From Malacoraja senta (lineage: Eukaryota): a DNA stretch of 55,713 nucleotides. The notes beneath the pieces were generated by a model. That model saw only the letters and a program-made list of their open reading frames with translations. It was not told the origin of the DNA and searched no databases. The stretch spans positions 124,001 to 179,713 of the forward strand of contig JAXLNO010000478.1 in assembly GCA_038087875.1 (NCBI GenBank). The letters run 5' to 3'. The position numbers were made by a program, and so were the translations under genes. Below, piece after piece: positions 23,101 through 36,213 of this stretch (position 1 is its first letter; every line of letters begins with the position of its first letter).

Positions 23101-24623
23101 AAAAATGTATTAAGATATAAGTGTTGAGTATTACTGTAATTTACCGTACTTCTAATAAAAAGAATAAAAAAAAAAAAAAAGAAAAACCCAGAGCAGTTGT
23201 GATCTGCTTCCATAGATACCAGACCCGTGAGTTGGTGGTACGTGAGGCTCGGAGACAGAGGGGTAAGCTGAAATACAAAGATACCCCGTTCCACATTTTC
23301 GAAGACTACTGTCCCGAGATAGTTGAACAATGCTTCGCGTACCGAGACGTTATGAAGGAGCTGTATAACCTGGATCTCAAACCCTCCCTTCATTATCCAG
23401 CCAAGCTGTTCATAATGTCCGGGGAGGGAAAGAGGCGACGACTAACATCTCCCGAGGACGCTCAGGATTTCATCTCATCTTACCGTCGACGCAGACCGGG
23501 ACCCACAGATGACTGACTTCGTTCAGTACGTCTATATTCGAGTGGCACAGGGGCCTGGTTAATCTATGGTTACATGGACTAACTTTAGCTTGACTGTTCC
23601 TAATAACTAGCTATGGTTAGCGTTCAGCATTGCTGATTATACGAGACCCCGGTTTCGAAATGTATGAGGCTGGTAAGAAATCACCAGGATTTGCGAATAT
23701 TTTATACTAACTTTTTCTTATATTGTCTATGTGTAATCATACTTGAGGGGTCCCTCACCAGCATATGCTATAAAACTGGGCTTAAAGGACCCACTTTGTG
23801 GTTTGTGATTTGGTCTCTGCCTTCCTGTTCTTAACAGCTGGCCGCTAATGCTGTCAGCACCTGGCTAGTTTGCTTATACTAATCTTCATAACGAACTGTC
23901 TGGGGCTGATAAGAGCTCATTACAGCCAGGGCGGTGTTATATAAATCTTATCTTATACCTTTTTTGTTTAACAAAACATAATTGATGCCTTTAGCGCTGT
24001 GCTTTAATCCAACAGCCCAGTTTGTAATTTGCTAACCTTTCCAACGCCAACTCTCTCTTTATACTTTGTCGATTTTAAGACATACTATGTAACACCAAAG
24101 GAAGTTATTCCGGATCCACTTACACGTTAGCCGGTTTATTTAGTATCACCATTTTGTTAATATGCTTTGTCTTATTGTGACTATCATCATTGCTATTATT
24201 ACTATTAGTGTTAGCAATGGTACTGGCAGTGCAACCATTATGGTTATTATTTTAACTTTGCATTTATCAATGTATGTTTATCTTACTTTATTCCTACTCT
24301 CTATTTTTCAAATTATTATCATCATCGTCATTATTACTATTACTATACTTATTTTACTTCATGTTACCTTATCGACACTGAGTGACCGTCGCTTTGGGAA
24401 GCGGTGATATAGGGAGTTAAGATTGGATATCTCCATGCGGAAGCGAGGACAACGCACCTTGGTGCAATGGGCACTTAAGGTTCAGTTGAGACATGGGGGA
24501 TCTCAGGTCTGGAGACTCAGGTTTGAAAGATGGTTAAATGATATGTGTTCCACTTGTTTGCTGTGTGTGTATGTTTTTGTTCTTGCTTTTTTGTTTTTTT
24601 TGTTTTTGTTTTATCTTACTTCA

Positions 24624-24653
24624 CATATATATATATATACATACATATGTATG

Positions 24654-24685
<32 letters not shown>

Positions 24686-24769
24686 CATACATACGTATAT
24701 ATATATATATATATATACACATATGTACATACATACGTATATATATATATATATATATACACATATGTA

Positions 24770-24800
<31 letters not shown>
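24624..24800. repeat. (TA)n/(TCTA)n microsatellite in the L1-A spacer
   Basis: Seen directly; corresponds to the (TA)n tract at 44660-44850. Confidence 0.95.
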
Positions 24801-24804
<4 letters not shown>

Positions 24805-27800
24805 ATACTTTTAAAACTCTGTGGCTGTCGTCCGTCCGTGCGGCTGTATGTCCAATGTTCTGCTTGCCGCGCGGCCTTTGACACCGCCCCGCGCCCACAC
24901 AGCGCGCGGAAAGGCCCATATTTTTGACCATTTCCAAAGAGATTACATTTATCTTTACAAAAAGCCACTCCTGATTAAATTCTGTCCTGTTTATGTACAC
25001 GTTTTTTAATAAAATCCATCCCCCCCCAACCCCAATGTGATTTTCTCCGATTGTCTCCGATTTTCTCCGAAAACGACGGCATCTTTTTTCCCCCGATTTT
25101 TTCCAAAAACGACGCCATCTTTTTTTCGCCGATTTTCACCCAGGGGTCTGAAGCACGTTCGGGAACAACACCCCGGGGTGTCATCCATCCCCCCACCAAC
25201 CCCAATTTGATTTTCTCCCATTTTCTCAAAAAACGACGCCATCTTTTTTTCGCCGATTTTCTCCGATTTTTCCCGAAAACGACGCCATCTTTTTTCCCCC
25301 GATTTTCACCCAGGGGTCTGAAGCACGTTCGGGAAAAACACCTAGGGGTGTCAAGCACTTTCGGGGACCAGACCCAACGGGTCTGCACTTGGTCTAGTCT
25401 ATCTATCTATATCTATCTATCTATATCTATCTATCTATCTATTATTATATAAAACTCTCTGGCTGTCGTCCGTCTGTACGGCTGTACGTCTGTACGTCCA
25501 ACGTTCTGCTTGACTTTCCCGCCTTTGATACCGCCCCGCGCCCGCGCGGCGCGCGGAAACGCCGATATTTTTTACCGTTTCTAAAGAGGTTACGTTTATC
25601 TTTACGAATAGACGATCCTGATTAAATTTGTTCGTGTTTACGTACGCGTTTTAAAATAAAATACCTCTCCCCCCCCCCCCAAAACCAAACATTTCAAAAT
25701 GTTTAAAAAAACAGCTCAGGCGTAGAATGTTAGTAAAGATTCCGTTGTGTGATGTCACAATGCACAATGGTCACAGATGTCCAATCGGAATGGATCCATT
25801 TACATATGCCTTTGCGGCGACCCAAGCCCCGGCCCCTCCCCCCCAACCATTGGGCATTGTGACATCACAAAACGGAACCTTCATTTACATTCTATTGCCG
25901 AGAGCTGTTTGTTTAACATTTTGAAATGTCCCCATTCCCTATCCCCCCCCACACACGTGGCGACGCCCTGCGACAAGTGTGACAAATCGAAATGAATCAG
26001 TTTACATATGCCTTGGCAGCAGCCCCAGCCCCAGCCCCTCCCCCCCAACCCCGCAGCCTGTGATTACGTTTATCTTTACGAATAGACAACCCTGATTAAA
26101 TTTGGTTGTTTTTATGTACACTTTTAAAAATAAAATACTTCTCCCCCCCCCCACCCCCAAACATTTCAAAATGATTAAAAAAACAGCTCAGCCATAGAAT
26201 GTTAGTAAAGATTCCGTTGTGTGATGTCACAATGCCCGATGCTAACAGATGTCCAATGGGAATGGATTCATTTAGATATGCCTTTGCGGCAGCCACAGCC
26301 CCAGCCCCTCCCCCGCAGCCTGTGTCGAAGGGCGTCGTCACGTTTGTGGCAATAGAGAAAGAGGATTGGGGGTGGTAGGGAATGGGAAACAGATGGACTG
26401 TTCCTACCCCTCCTACTTCAACTCTCCCTCCCCACTCTTCCCCCTCTCTCCTCTCCCCCTCCCTCCCCTCCCAACCCCTCTCTTCCCCTCCACCACCCCT
26501 CTTCACCCCCATCTCCCCCCCACCCCCTTCACCTCTCTCTTGCACCACTCCCCGCTACCCCTCTGCCCCTCACTCCCCACTGTTCCCCTCTCCCTCCCCC
26601 TCCCTCTCTCCCTCTCTTCCCCCTACTCCTCTCCCCTTCCCCTCATCCCCTCCCCCCTCTCCCCCCTCTCCCCCCTTCCTGCCCTCCCCGCTCTCCTCCC
26701 ACTCCAAACTCTCCTCCCCCTCCCTCTCACCCACCCTGATCTCCTCTCCCTCCCCAATCTCTCCCCTTTCCTCTTCCCCCTCTCCCCTCCCTCCCCCTCT
26801 CCTCTTCTCTCCCCACCCCGTCTCCCTCTCCCCTCTTCTCTCCCCGAGTGTGTTTGGGGGTGGTTAGTGTGAGTTTGGGGGGTGGTTAGTGTGAGTGTGA
26901 TGCTGCAGCCCCCCCCCACCCTCCCGCAAACGCGCGTTGGGAAAACAGCCCGCCAACAGTCTCTCTGTCTTTAAGACGGAACTGCAGATGCTGGAAAATC
27001 GAAGGTACACATTAAATTTTCCCTCTGCCCCAACACCTCTAGACGCATCTGAGAGGTGAGGGCTATTCGTCAGTGGATAGGGTGGAGATGGGATAAAAGA
27101 AGCAAATTAAAAAATTAAAATAATATCAAGGGGTGTGATGAGTTTGTGTGTTTGTGGGTGCCGGATTACGTGCTTTGGAGGAAAGGGGGTGATTAGTGTG
27201 ACGCCACAGCCTTCCCCCCCCCCACACAAACGCACGTTCGGTGTCCAGACCCAACGGGTCTGCACTTGGTCTAGTATACTTTTAAAACTCTCTGGCTGTC
27301 GTCCGTCTGTATGTCTGTACGTCTGTACGTCCAACATTCTGCTTGACTTGTCCCGCCTTTGATACCGCCCCGCGCCCGCGCAGCGCGCGGAAACGCCGAT
27401 ATTTTTTACCGGTTCTAAAGAGGTTACGTTTATCTTTACGAATAGACGATCCTGATTAAATTTGGTCGTGTTTAGGTACGCTTTTTAAAATAAAATACCT
27501 CTCCCCCCCCCCAAACCAAACATTTCAAAATGTTTAAAAAAACAGCTCAGCCGTAGAATGTTAGTAAAGATTCCGTTGTGTGATGTCACAATGCACAATG
27601 GTCACAGATGCCCAATCGGAATGGATCCATTTACATATGCCTTTGCAGCGGCCCCAGCCCCGGCCCCTCCCCCCCAACCCCCGCAGCATTGGGCATTGTG
27701 ACATCACAAAACGGAACCTTCATTTACATTCTATTGCTGAGAGCTGTTTGTTTAACATTTTGAAATTTCCCCATTTCCCTATCACCCCCACACGTGGCGA

Positions 27801-30800
27801 CGCCCTGCGACACGTGTGACAAATCGAAATGAATCCGTTTACATATGCCTTTGCAGCACCCACAGCCCAAGCCCCTCCCCCCAACCCCACAGCCTGTGTC
27901 GAAAGGCGTCGCCACGTGTGTGGGGGAATAGGGAAATTTCAAAATGTTTAAAAAAAACAGCTCTCAGCAATAGAATGTTAATGAAGGTTCCGTTTTGTGA
28001 TGTCACAATGCCCAATGCTCAAAGATGTCCAATCGAAATGAACCAATTTACATATGCCTTTGCAGCAGCAACAGCACCAGCCCCTCCCCCCCACCCCCGC
28101 AGCCTGTGTCGAAGGGCGTCGTCACGTGTGTGGCAATAGAGAAAGAGGATTGGGGGTGATAGGGAATGGGTAACAGATGGACTGTCCCTACCCCTCCTAC
28201 TTCCACTCTCCCTCCCCACTCTTCCCCCTCTCTCCTCTCCCCCTCCCTTCCCTCCCACACCCTCTCTTCCCCCTCCACCACCCCTCTTCACCCCCATCTC
28301 CCAGCCACCCCCTTCACCTCTCTCTTGCACCACTCCCCGTTACCCCTCTGCCCCTCACTCCCCACTGTTCCCCTCTCCCTCCCCCACCTCTCTCCCTCCC
28401 CCTCCCTCTCTCCCTCTCTTCCCCCTACTCTCCCCTTCCCCTCATCCCCTCCCCCCCTCTCCCCCCTTCCTGCCCTCCCCGCTCTCCTCCCACTCCCCAC
28501 TCTCCTCCCCATCCCTCTCACCCACCCTGATCTCCTCTCCCTCCCCAATCTCTCCCCTTTCCTCTTCCCCCTCTCCCCTCCCTCCCCCTCTCCTCTTCTC
28601 TCCCCACCCCGTCTCCCTCTCCCCACCACGTCTTCCTCTCCACCCCTCCCCCGCCTGTGTTTGGGGGGTGGTTAGTGTGAGTGTGATGCCGCAGCCCCCC
28701 CCCCTCCCGCAAACGCGCGTTGGGAAAACAGCCCGCCAACAGTCTCTCTGTCTTTAAGACAGAACTGCAGATGCTTGAAAATCAAAGGTACACACAAAAT
28801 GATTCATAACCTCAGCGGGTGCAGCAGCATCTATATCAAAAGAAATAGACAACATTTCGTGAAAAAACCCGTCTGAGGATGGGTTTCCGCCAAAAGCATT
28901 GCCTATTTCCTTCACTCCATAGATGCTGCTGCACCCACAGTGTTTCTCGAGTTTTATTGTGTGTACCAGTCTATCTGTCTCTCCCCTCTCTCTCTCTCTC
29001 TGCCCTTCTCTCTTCACAGCCCTTGGCTCAACTCATGCACGCCTGCTCCAACCCACCCCTTCACCTCTCTCCCCCATCCTCTTCTTCCTCTCTCCACCCC
29101 TCTCCTCTCTCACCCTCCTCTCTCCCCACCTTCCTCACCCCCCTTCCTCTCAACCCTCCTCCTCCCCCACCTCACAATTTTTTTTTACTAACATTAAATT
29201 TTCTCTCTCTGCACCACCCCCCCCCTCGAGACGCACCTGAGAGGTGATGGCTATTCGTCAGTGGATAGGGTGGAGATGGAATAAAGAAGAAAATTAAAAT
29301 ATTAATATAATATCAAGGGGTGTGATGAGTGTGTGTGTTTGTGGGTGCCAGATTCACACCCCCGCAACCCTGCTTTGGAGGTACAGACCCAACGGGTGGT
29401 TAGTGTGACGTCACAGCCCCCCGCCCCAAACGCACGTTCGGTGTCCAGACCCAACGGGTCTGCACTTGGTCTGCCTGACTTGTGTCTGCCATCCGCCTGA
29501 CGTGTCACAAATCCCCTTTGATACTGCTCTAGGCCCACACAGCACGCGGAAACGCCAATATTTTTTACCGTTTCTAAAGAGATTACGTTTATATTTACGA
29601 ATAGACAATCCTGATTAAATTTGGTTGTGTTTATGTACACTTTTTAAAATAAAATACCTCTCCCCCCCCCAAACCAAACATTTCAAAATGTTTTAAAAAA
29701 ACAGCTCAGCCATGGAATGTTAGTAAAGATTCCGTTGTGTGATGTCACAATGCACAATGCTCACAGATGTCCAATCGGAATGAATCCGTTTACATATGCC
29801 TTTGCAGCAGCCACAGCCCCAGCCCCTCTCCCCCCCACCCCCGCAGCCTGTGTCGAAGGGCGTCGTCACGTTTGTGGCAATAGAGAAAGAGGATTGGGGG
29901 TGATAGGGAATGGGAAACAGATGGACTGTCCCTACCCCTCCTACTTCAACTCTCCCTCCCCACTCTTCCCCCTCTCTCCTCTCCCCCTCTCTCCTCTCCC
30001 CCTCCCTCCCCTCCCACCCCCTCTCTTCCGCCTCCACCACCCCTCTTCACCCCCATCTCCAGCCACCCCCCTTCACCTCTCTTGCACCACTCCCCTCTGC
30101 CCCTCACTCCCCACTGTTCCCCTCTCCCTCCCCAACTCTCTCCCTCCCCCTCCCTCTCTTCCCCTTCCCCTCATCCCCTCCCCCCTCTCCCCCCCTTCCT
30201 GCCCTCCCTGCTCTCCTCCCACTCCAAACTCTCCTCCCCCTCCCTCTCACCCACCCTGATCTCCTCTCCCTCCCCAATCTCTCCCCTTTCCTCTTCCCCC
30301 TCTCCCCTCCCTCCCCCTCTCCTCTTCTCTCCCCACCCCGTCTCCCTCTCCCCTCTTCTCTCCCCACCCCGTCTTCCTCTCCCCCCCCTCCCCCCTCCCA
30401 CCGAGTGTGTTTGGGGGTGTTTAGTGTGAGTTTGGGGGGTGGTTAGTGTGAGTGGGATGCCGCAGCCCCCCCTCCCGCTAACGCGCATTGGGGAAAACAG
30501 CCCGCCAACAGTCTCTCTGTCTTTAAGACGGAACTGCAGATGCTGGAAAATCGAAGGTACACAAAAAAAACCTGTATATCATCAGCGGGTTCAGCAGCAT
30601 CTATGGATCAAAAAAAAAAAAGCAACGTTTCGGTAGAAAACCATTCTGAGGATGGGCTTCGGCCCAAAGCGTTGCCTATTTCCTTCGCTCAATAGATGCT
30701 GCTGCACCCGCTGTGTTTCTCAAGCTTTTTTTTGTGTACCAGTCTCTCTGTCTCTCCCATCTCTCTCTCTCTCTGCCCTTCTCTCTTCACAGCCCGCGAC

Positions 30801-31320
30801 TCGACTCATGCACGCCCGCTCCAACCCCCCCCTTCACCTCTCTCCCCATCCTCTCTTTCCTCTCTCCACCCCTCTCCTCTCTCCCCCTTCCTCTCGACCC
30901 TCCTCCTCCCCCTCTTCAAATTTTCTTTTTCTAACATTAAATTTTCCCTCTGCCCCAACACCTCTCGACGCATCTGAGAGGTGAGGGCTATTCGTCAGTG
31001 GATTGGGTGGAGATGGGATAAAAGAAGCAAATTAAAAAATTAAAATAATATCAAGGGGTGTGATGAGTTTGTGTTTGTGGGTGCCGGATTACGTGCTTTG
31101 GAGGAAAGGGGGTGATTAGTGTGACGCCACAGCCTCCCCCTCCCCACAAATGCACGTTCGGTGTCCAGACCCAACGGGTCTGCACTTGGTCTAGTATACT
31201 TTTAAAACTCTCTGGCTGTCGTCCGTCTGTACGTCTGTACGTCTCCGAAAACGACGCCTTATTTTTTTTTGCCCATTTTTCCCGAAAAGGACGCCATCTT
31301 TTTTTCCACGATTTTCACCC
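24800..31320 (+). mobile_element. Head-to-tail array of non-autonomous Helitron-like units (24800-25397, 25438-27274, 27275-29472, 29473-31194, 31195-31320 truncated)
   Basis: 5' TCTAT..AAAACTCT heads; 3' hairpin CAGACCC-AAC-GGGTCTG followed 8 nt later by CTAG|T at 25394, 27271 and 31191 (AG lost at 29472); no TIR or TSD; no RepHel ORF. Confidence 0.85.
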
Positions 31321-33370
31321 ATAGCATCGTTATATCAGATCATGCTGCGACCTCCCTTGATCTTCATTTTCATAAACGAACTAACCCCTTTAAGTGGAGG
31401 TTCAACTCCTCATTATTATTCTTGCACTCCCAAATCACCCTATATTTTGAGCTGAATGACTCGCCGGACATAGAAAGAGGTATACTTTGGGAAGCTTCAA
31501 AAGCCTATATTAGGGGCCAACTCATTTCCTTTATCTCCAACCTGAAAAGAACCGAGACGTTCCAAACGGCAGATCTGTTACAAAAAATAAAGGACATTGA
31601 TGACAAATATGCATCTGACCCAAACCCTAATCTCTATAGAGAACGCCTTAGGCTACAAACAGACTTTGACCTCATATCCATTAATAAAGCCAATCTACGA
31701 CTGCTTAAATCTAGGCAACACTTTTTTGAATCTGGGGATAAAGCTGGAAAGCTTTTGGCCCATCAGGCCAGAACAGAGGCGACTTCACGGCTAATTCCAG
31801 CCATTAGATCCAGCTCAGGGGAGACTCATACTGATCCTCTCAGAATTAATGAAGCATTTGCTAAATTCTACACTGAACTATACACTTCCGACTGTCCGCC
31901 CACTGCAGGTGACATGTTCAGCAGTATGACGCTTCCCCGAATTGATGAAGAAGCCATGAGAGACTTGGGTGGTCCCATAACTGTAGCTGAGGTCCAAGCA
32001 GCCATCACATCGCTGCAAAGCGGAAAGTCACCCGGCCCTGACGGCTTCTCTGTAGAAAATTACAAAGCTTTCTCTGACCTCCTCGCACCAGTCCTGAGAG
32101 ATATGTACAATGAGGCGTTTTTACATCGTCGCCTACCGCCCACCTAGTCGTGGGCTACCATCTCCCTAATTCTTAAAAAGGAGAAAGATCCCCTGCTTTG
32201 TAGTAGCTATAGACCAATCTCACTCCTGAATGTGGACCTCAAAATCCTTTCTAAAGCCCTTGCGCTTCGTCTTCACGAGTGATGCCCTCTATTATCTCGT
32301 TGGATCAAACAGGGTTTATACCTGGCCGACAGTCTTCCCATAATACTAGGCGTCTCCTTAACATCATTCACTCTTCGAGTAATGAGACCCCGGAGATGGT
32401 GGTCTCCCTTGATGCTGAAAAGGCCTTCGACAGGGTCGAGTGGAGGTACCTATATGAGGCGATGGATAGGTTGGCCTCGGAAACAGTTTTATTCTCTGGG
32501 TGAGCCTATTATTATCGTCCCCGGTGGCCTCAGTACAAACAAATGACATACTGTCGCCCCACTTCACACTTCAGAGAGGTACCAGACAGGGTTGCCCACT
32601 ATCTCCACTCTTGTTTGATGTCGCGATAGAACCCCTGGCGGTCTGGTTACGCACAGAGAAGGGCTTTAAAGGTATTACACGGTTTGACACAACTCATTGT
32701 ATGCGGATGACCTGCTCGAACCCAGTCAGTTTGAAGTCAAAGGGGGGTGACCCTTTAATAAAGGCAAACTGGTGACGCAAGATCCAGGGCTCTAACCGGT
32801 CTCCTGTCCTATACTGACTTTGGGTGAAAACCGTGGTTAGCACAAATTGCCACAGATTTATTAACCCACCACCACAGATTTATTAACCCAGACCTCAGTC
32901 CAAAGGAGAAATTCAGGAATGCAAGGAATGTTGCAAGGAATGGACGTGTTTGGTTATAATCATCCAAGGATGAGCAATACAAAATGTCTCTTGTGGAAGA
33001 TACCAATTTTTACAGCATGGAGAGCATCCATATTCTGCCAGGTTTCGTATGAGGTGATTGTGGAAGTACACGACTGTCACTGATATGGGATGGGATTGAG
33101 CATCTTGCAAACACACATGTTTAACAATATCACATTGCTGATTAAAACAAGATTCACAAAGCAAGAACAATGTACACTGTTAAACTAGGCTTACTAATTT
33201 CTGATGACACTGCAGCAACTGTCATCCACACTAATACCACGCACATAACTATTTTTGAAAGGAATTTGGTTGCCATTTTGCTTAAAGAAGGAGGGGCTGT
33301 GAAATAGACATCTTACATTGACAAACGTTATGTCCTCCTGTCAGATATACACAGTGTGTATGATTCTTGT

Positions 33371-33694
33371 TTAAGAAGGAACTGCAGATGCTGCAAAATC
33401 GAAGGTAGACAAAAATGCTGGAGAAACTCAGCAGGTGAGGCAGCATCTATGGAGCGAAGGAATAGGCGACGTTTCGGGTTGAGTCAACAAGAGGCAAAAT
33501 GATGTTTTTTTCCAAATATTTTGGTCAAGGGGCACTAGATAGAACCCGGCATAATCAGTAAATGTAAAATCATTTAGAGAGAGTTTTAACATCACGTTTC
33601 CAATGCTTTTACATTTCGGGTCGAGACCCTTCTTTGGACTGAAGAAGGGTCTCGACGCAAAACATCACCTACTCCTTCGCTCCATAGATGCTGC
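33371..33694. mobile_element. Palindromic Penelope-like short repeat, interrupted by about 120 bp of other sequence
   Basis: Forward arm 33371-33483, then TTTCGGGTCGAGACCCTTCTT/AAGAAGGGTCTCGAC inverted junction and a reverse arm. Confidence 0.7.
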
Positions 33695-35294
33695 TTCAAA
33701 TAAAGTCACAAACTAAACTATTCACCAATCAAGACATGATACATCCCACAATGACACGCAGCTAAATTATAAGGCTCTTTTTCACAACTCTTTCTATCTC
33801 AACTCATTTTACACATTGCAATTAATGCAATTTCTATTAGTTCTTTCCACTTCCAAACAAAAATGCGGTTGGATTATTCATCGTATGACCAACCCGAGTC
33901 AATAAATCCTGGACCATGGTAACATAAATGCGTGCGTATAGTTGTGAATGTTGCTCATTAAATAACTACAGTACTGATACTCCATATTAAGAGCATTAAT
34001 TTGCCGTTAAAATGAATTCTTTAATAACGTGTCAACGGCAGCAGTGACAATCGAACACTGTGGTTTTAATGTTTCACGTGCTCACAATTTAATTAATACA
34101 TCTTTATGGATTAAAACAAATAATAACACAGGGAATTAAAACACATTTGATTGCATTCCGTTATCAAACATAGTCAATGTTCGCTCTGAATGGGGGGGGT
34201 CAGTACAGTGTGGATCGGAGGGTCTGTGCAAGATGAATGGGGGATCACTACAGGATGAATGAGGGGAAGGGGGGGAGGTGCAGGGTAAATGGGGGGTGGG
34301 TCAGTACGGGATGAATGCGTGGATTAGTACAGGATGGATGGGGATCAGTACAGGATGGATGGAGGAGAAGTGCAGGATGGACGGGAAAGGGGTAAGTACA
34401 GGATGAATTGGGGAACCAATGTAGGATGGATGAGGGGGGGGGGTGGCAGGAGAATCAATGCGAGGTGGATAGGGTGATCAGCGCAGGATGAATAGATGGG
34501 GGGGGGGTAGATGGGGGAGGGGAGCACACTGGATGTCAGTGAGGACTGAATAGAGGCGGGAATGGGGATCAGTGCAGGATGGAGTGGAGGGGTCCCAGGA
34601 TAGGGGGGGGGGTGGAGGGGGGCGTACAAGAGAGAGGGAGAGAGAGAGAGAGGGAGGGAGGGGCGAGGTGGGGAGGAAGGAAGGTCAGCGCTCCTTGGAC
34701 AACATCACCCCCGCTGCCTTGGCCGTTGGAAACTCCTCGCCACCGCCTCCCTCCTCCGCCAGCCAACAGCAAGGTGCGGGGCCGGGCGATGCAGCTCAGA
34801 GATCCTATAGCTATAAGATCTTTGGTGCAGCTGCTTCAGACATGTCGGAGCGAATGACGGGCCCCGCACAGCGGCAGCAGCAGCGGCTCCATCTACTCCT
34901 CCTCCTCCTCCCGCCCCCCGCCCCCCCTGATAAGGGCCTCTGATTTACAAGCAGAGGCCCTTATCAGGACGGGCGGGGGGCGGGAGGAGGAGGAGATGGA
35001 GCCGCTGTCGCGGCCGCTGCTGCCGCTGTTCGGGGCCCGTCATTCGCTCCGACCCTTCCTCACCCCGCACCTAGTATATTTGCCCCCGCACAGCCGCCGC
35101 TGACACGAAACATCTCGTTCCTTTTCTCCAGAGATGCTGCCTGACCCGCGGAGTTACTCCAGTTTTTTGTGTCTATCTTCGGTACAAACCAGTATCTGGT
35201 TGCCAAGCCGGGCAAAATTACTCTATGTTTAGGTTGCCCGTCGGCGCTTTGAGTGATCAATGGCACCCCGGGCAACTGCTAATTTCGAGCCCTG
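33691..35294. mobile_element. Right part of the TIR element (duplicate), ERV-free
   Basis: Ends GAGCCCTG at 35294; single CAGC at the ERV target. Confidence 0.8.
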
Positions 35295-36213
35295 TATGTG
35301 GGAAGATTCTATTTAATTTTGTTTTAGAGTAATGTAGTCTATGTAATGCTTTAAATTGTATTAAAGAGTGTCTGGCATTTAACGAGCATTGATGTATATG
35401 TTGTAGACTTTCGTCCCAAATACCTTTCGTTATAGGTTGGCCTAATTCATTTTCCCATGTTTGTCTATATAATTCCGTTGGCGGGACCTCACTGTCTAAG
35501 AGGGTATTATAAATGAGATATTAATTTTTCTGTATTAGGATTATTCAAACATTCATCAAGAGTTTCTGGTTCTCTAGTTCTATAATCTGAAAAAGTTATT
35601 TGAGTGTAGTCCATGAATCTGTTGTAACTCCTGAAATGAAAGAAAGTGCCTTTCCTATAGAGATGTCCCATCTTTTTAATTCCATGATTTTTCCATTGTA
35701 TAAAACCTTTATCCAACACAGAGGGGTTGAATAAAGGATTGTTTACAATGGGAAGAAATAGTGATAAGTTATCCAATTTTAAAGTATTTTTTAATTGTTT
35801 CCAAATTCGTAAACCACTATATATTATAGGGTTTTCACTATAGGTTTTTTTGTTCAATTTTGTGGAGCAAAGATAATTGAACCAAAGGTAAGCAGTCTTC
35901 CTTTTCCATCTTCAACCAGTCTGGTTACTGATCCATTTCTTCCAACCAGAAGTTCATATTTTTAATATTGATTGCCCAGAAATAAAACAAAAAATTTGGT
36001 AAAGCTAAACCTCCATTTGTCTTTGATTTACATAAATGTTTTTTGCTTATTCTATGATTCTTATAATTCCAAATAAAGCTTGTGACAATGGAATCAACTT
36101 AAAAAAAAAAAATCGGGGGGAGAGATATATTGATTGAAAGAGGTACAATAATTGCGGTAGAAAACGCATTTTTATAGCATTAATTCTACCAAATATTGAA
36201 ATGTTTTCCAATA

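Larger units (their letters stand above)
14093..23180 (+). mobile_element. L1 element B, full length (5' UTR, ORF1, long spacer, ORF2, 3' UTR, poly-A)
   Basis: Starts GACTTCCGGTGGC, ends AATAAA...A-run; flanked by an 89-91-bp direct repeat of host sequence (14004-14092, 23181-23269). Confidence 0.95.
13397..32727 (+). mobile_element. L1 element A, copy 1; interrupted by L1-B and the Helitron array; 3'-truncated just after YADDLL
   Basis: Starts GACTTCCGGTGG; ORF1 remnants 13547-14092 and 23270-23516 (RSRRNNIRIVGLPE); ORF2 remnant 31321-32727; uninterrupted twin at 42606-48742. Confidence 0.9.

Noticed and set aside
25040..25320. Regularly spaced ~40-bp repeats (CCGAAAACGACGCCATCTTTTTT) resembling a CRISPR array
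   Set aside because: No unique spacers, eukaryotic context, no cas genes; it is an internal minisatellite of the short Helitron unit
24423..31000. Many Pro/Ser/Leu-, Gly/Arg/Glu- and Ile/Tyr-rich ORFs
   Set aside because: Translations of C/T tracts and (TA)n microsatellites; no domain signal
32728..33370. Possible minus-strand host exon after an acceptor-like TTTTAATCAG near 33137
   Set aside because: No recognisable protein similarity or partner exons; cannot be supported without RNA-seq
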